DNA of 64,000 nucleotides from Acutalibacteraceae bacterium (GTDB lineage Bacteria; Bacillota; Clostridia; Oscillospirales; Acutalibacteraceae): NCBI GenBank assembly GCA_045579445.1, contig JAZNME010000037.1, positions 24,099 to 88,098 of the forward strand, read 5' to 3'. Shown piece by piece: positions 63,083 to 64,000 of this stretch (position 1 is its first letter; each line of letters starts with the position of its first letter). The notes under the pieces were generated by a model. It saw only the letters and a program-made list of their open reading frames with translations, ran no database searches and was not told where the DNA came from. The position numbers and the translations under genes were made by a program.

Positions 63083-63955
63083 TTGTCAGCGGATTTACAT
63101 TGCCATACCAGGCTATCAAACGGCTCTCTCGGTATTGAAGATTTAATTTTACTCGCTAAGAAGCGAGGCGTTACAACTATTGCCATTACAGACCACGATT
63201 GCCTTGCAGGCACTGTAAGAGGCAAGGTTATTGGTGAAAGACACGGCGTAACTGTTATACCTGGTGTTGAGCTTTCAGGTACAGATAAAACCAATGGCCA
63301 GGAAATACATATGCTTTGCTATAAGCCTGATTTTCCGGACAGGCTTGAGGGTCTTTGCCGCCGGAGCTCGCTTATCAGAAAAAAATCCTCTCACCTTATG
63401 GTGCTCAAAACAGCGCAGAAATATCCTATAACTCCCGAGTTCGTTGCTAAGTGTGCGTCAGGTTCAACAAATATTTTCAAGGTGCACATTATGCAGGCTC
63501 TTATTGAAAACGGCTTTACAGACAGAATATATGGCGACCTTTATAACGACCTTTTCTCAAAGGATAAAGAGGGTAGCATTAACCATATTCCTGATTACGA
63601 AGATATTTTCTCCATTCTTGAGGCTATTCACGATGCAGGCGGTATTGCTGTTCTTGCAAATCCCCAGAAATGTAAAAATGAAAAGCTTCTTGATGAGCTT
63701 GTTGAAGCAGGTCTTGACGGTATCGAGATTTATACTCCTGAAATGAGCGACGAGGAAAAGGCAGCCTTTGCAAAATATGCAAAGAAGAACAAGCTTCTTA
63801 CAACAGGCGGCTCAAACTTCAAAGGTCTTTACAATAAGCATATTCTTTCAGTAGGCGATTGCGATTTACCTGACGACTGCGTTCAGGAGCTTAATTCCTA
63901 CAAGGCAAGAAAGAAAAAGGCCGAAAAGAAAAAGGCTCAGGAAGATAATAAATAA
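63083..63955 (+). CDS. PHP-domain metal-dependent phosphoesterase with a Lys-rich C-terminal tail
   Basis: TTG start with GGAAGGAAGGA SD. ..ADLHCHTRLSNG.. and ..IAITDHD.. PHP motifs. The tail reads ..KARKKKAEKKKAQEDNK. Confidence 0.75.
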   Translation: MSADLHCHTRLSNGSLGIEDLILLAKKRGVTTIAITDHDCLAGTVRGKVIGERHGVTVIPGVELSGTDKTNGQEIHMLCYKPDFPDRLEGLCRRSSLIRKKSSHLMVLKTAQKYPITPEFVAKCASGSTNIFKVHIMQALIENGFTDRIYGDLYNDLFSKDKEGSINHIPDYEDIFSILEAIHDAGGIAVLANPQKCKNEKLLDELVEAGLDGIEIYTPEMSDEEKAAFAKYAKKNKLLTTGGSNFKGLYNKHILSVGDCDLPDDCVQELNSYKARKKKAEKKKAQEDNK

Positions 63956-63966
63956 ATTTAAAAATT

Positions 63967-64000
63967 AAGGCGTTCTCAACCGAGAACGCCTTTTCTTTTT
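63967..64000 (+). terminator. Intrinsic terminator
   Basis: AAGGCGTTCTC-AACC-GAGAACGCCTT followed by TTCTTTTT at the window edge. Confidence 0.75.

Noticed and set aside
1-64000. Mobile elements, prophage, or defence islands (RM, TA, Abi, CBASS and similar).
   Set aside because: Reading all ORFs of 60 aa or more on both strands, I found no integrase, transposase, recombinase, phage structural, nuclease/helicase-type defence or toxin-antitoxin signatures.

Overview
This 64-kb chromosomal segment comes from a low-GC Firmicute. It is probably a Ruminococcus-like (Oscillospiraceae) Clostridium; I infer that from a type-I dockerin, Gram-positive SD sites and the carbohydrate-esterase/GH content, not from any search. 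I see no rRNA, tRNA, CRISPR array, transposase, integrase or phage genes.

Gene content, left to right:
- 1-11.2 kb: the distal part of a Wzx/Wzy-type surface-polysaccharide locus. It holds an SDR 4-epimerase tail, three glycosyltransferases (one fused to a Wzy/O-antigen-ligase-like membrane domain), a Wzx flippase, the CapE/F/G (FnlA/B/C)-type UDP-L-FucNAc pathway, and a Gfo/Idh/MocA oxidoreductase.
- 11.3-15.2 kb: a convergent pair of half-size ABC exporter genes, preceded by a promoter, a 20-codon leader ORF and an intrinsic terminator.
- 15.3-27.3 kb: alkaline phosphatase, an AraC regulator, phosphoglucomutase, aroK, YitT, a DUF2804 plus SASA-type esterase pair, and pnp-rpsO.
- 27.4-32.5 kb: an SPFH protein, two tandem paralogous proteins (XRE-HTH, 7 TM segments, extracytoplasmic domain), and DUF4234.
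- 32.6-42.5 kb: an SGNH hydrolase, a CE15-like esterase, and a 2456-aa secreted dockerin protein built from 13 PPC-like modules alternating with 12 Big_2 modules.
- 42.5-47.9 kb: a five-gene overlapping operon on the minus strand (GNAT, ceramidase-like, BadF-type kinase, SIS, GH84).
- 48-64 kb: an acyl-CoA synthetase, a second SPFH protein with a lipoprotein, a GH20/oxidoreductase/4Fe-4S operon, an OmpR/HK two-component pair, a THUMP methyltransferase, a DAG-kinase-family protein, a GPH transporter, sdaA, mnmA and a PHP phosphoesterase.

The most interesting observations are:
- the HTH-7TM tandem paralogs;
- the giant non-catalytic dockerin protein;
- the BmrB/BmrCD-like leader-peptide attenuator;
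- the cytoplasmic GH84 operon;
- a mosaic family of intergenic repeats that supplies the 3' end of aroK and abuts a gene relic;
- a 105-bp tandem repeat that includes the 3' end of the SGNH gene;
- an orphan promoter-terminator unit that could be an sRNA or a leader.

All functional calls come from my recognition of motifs in the translated ORFs. No database search was run.
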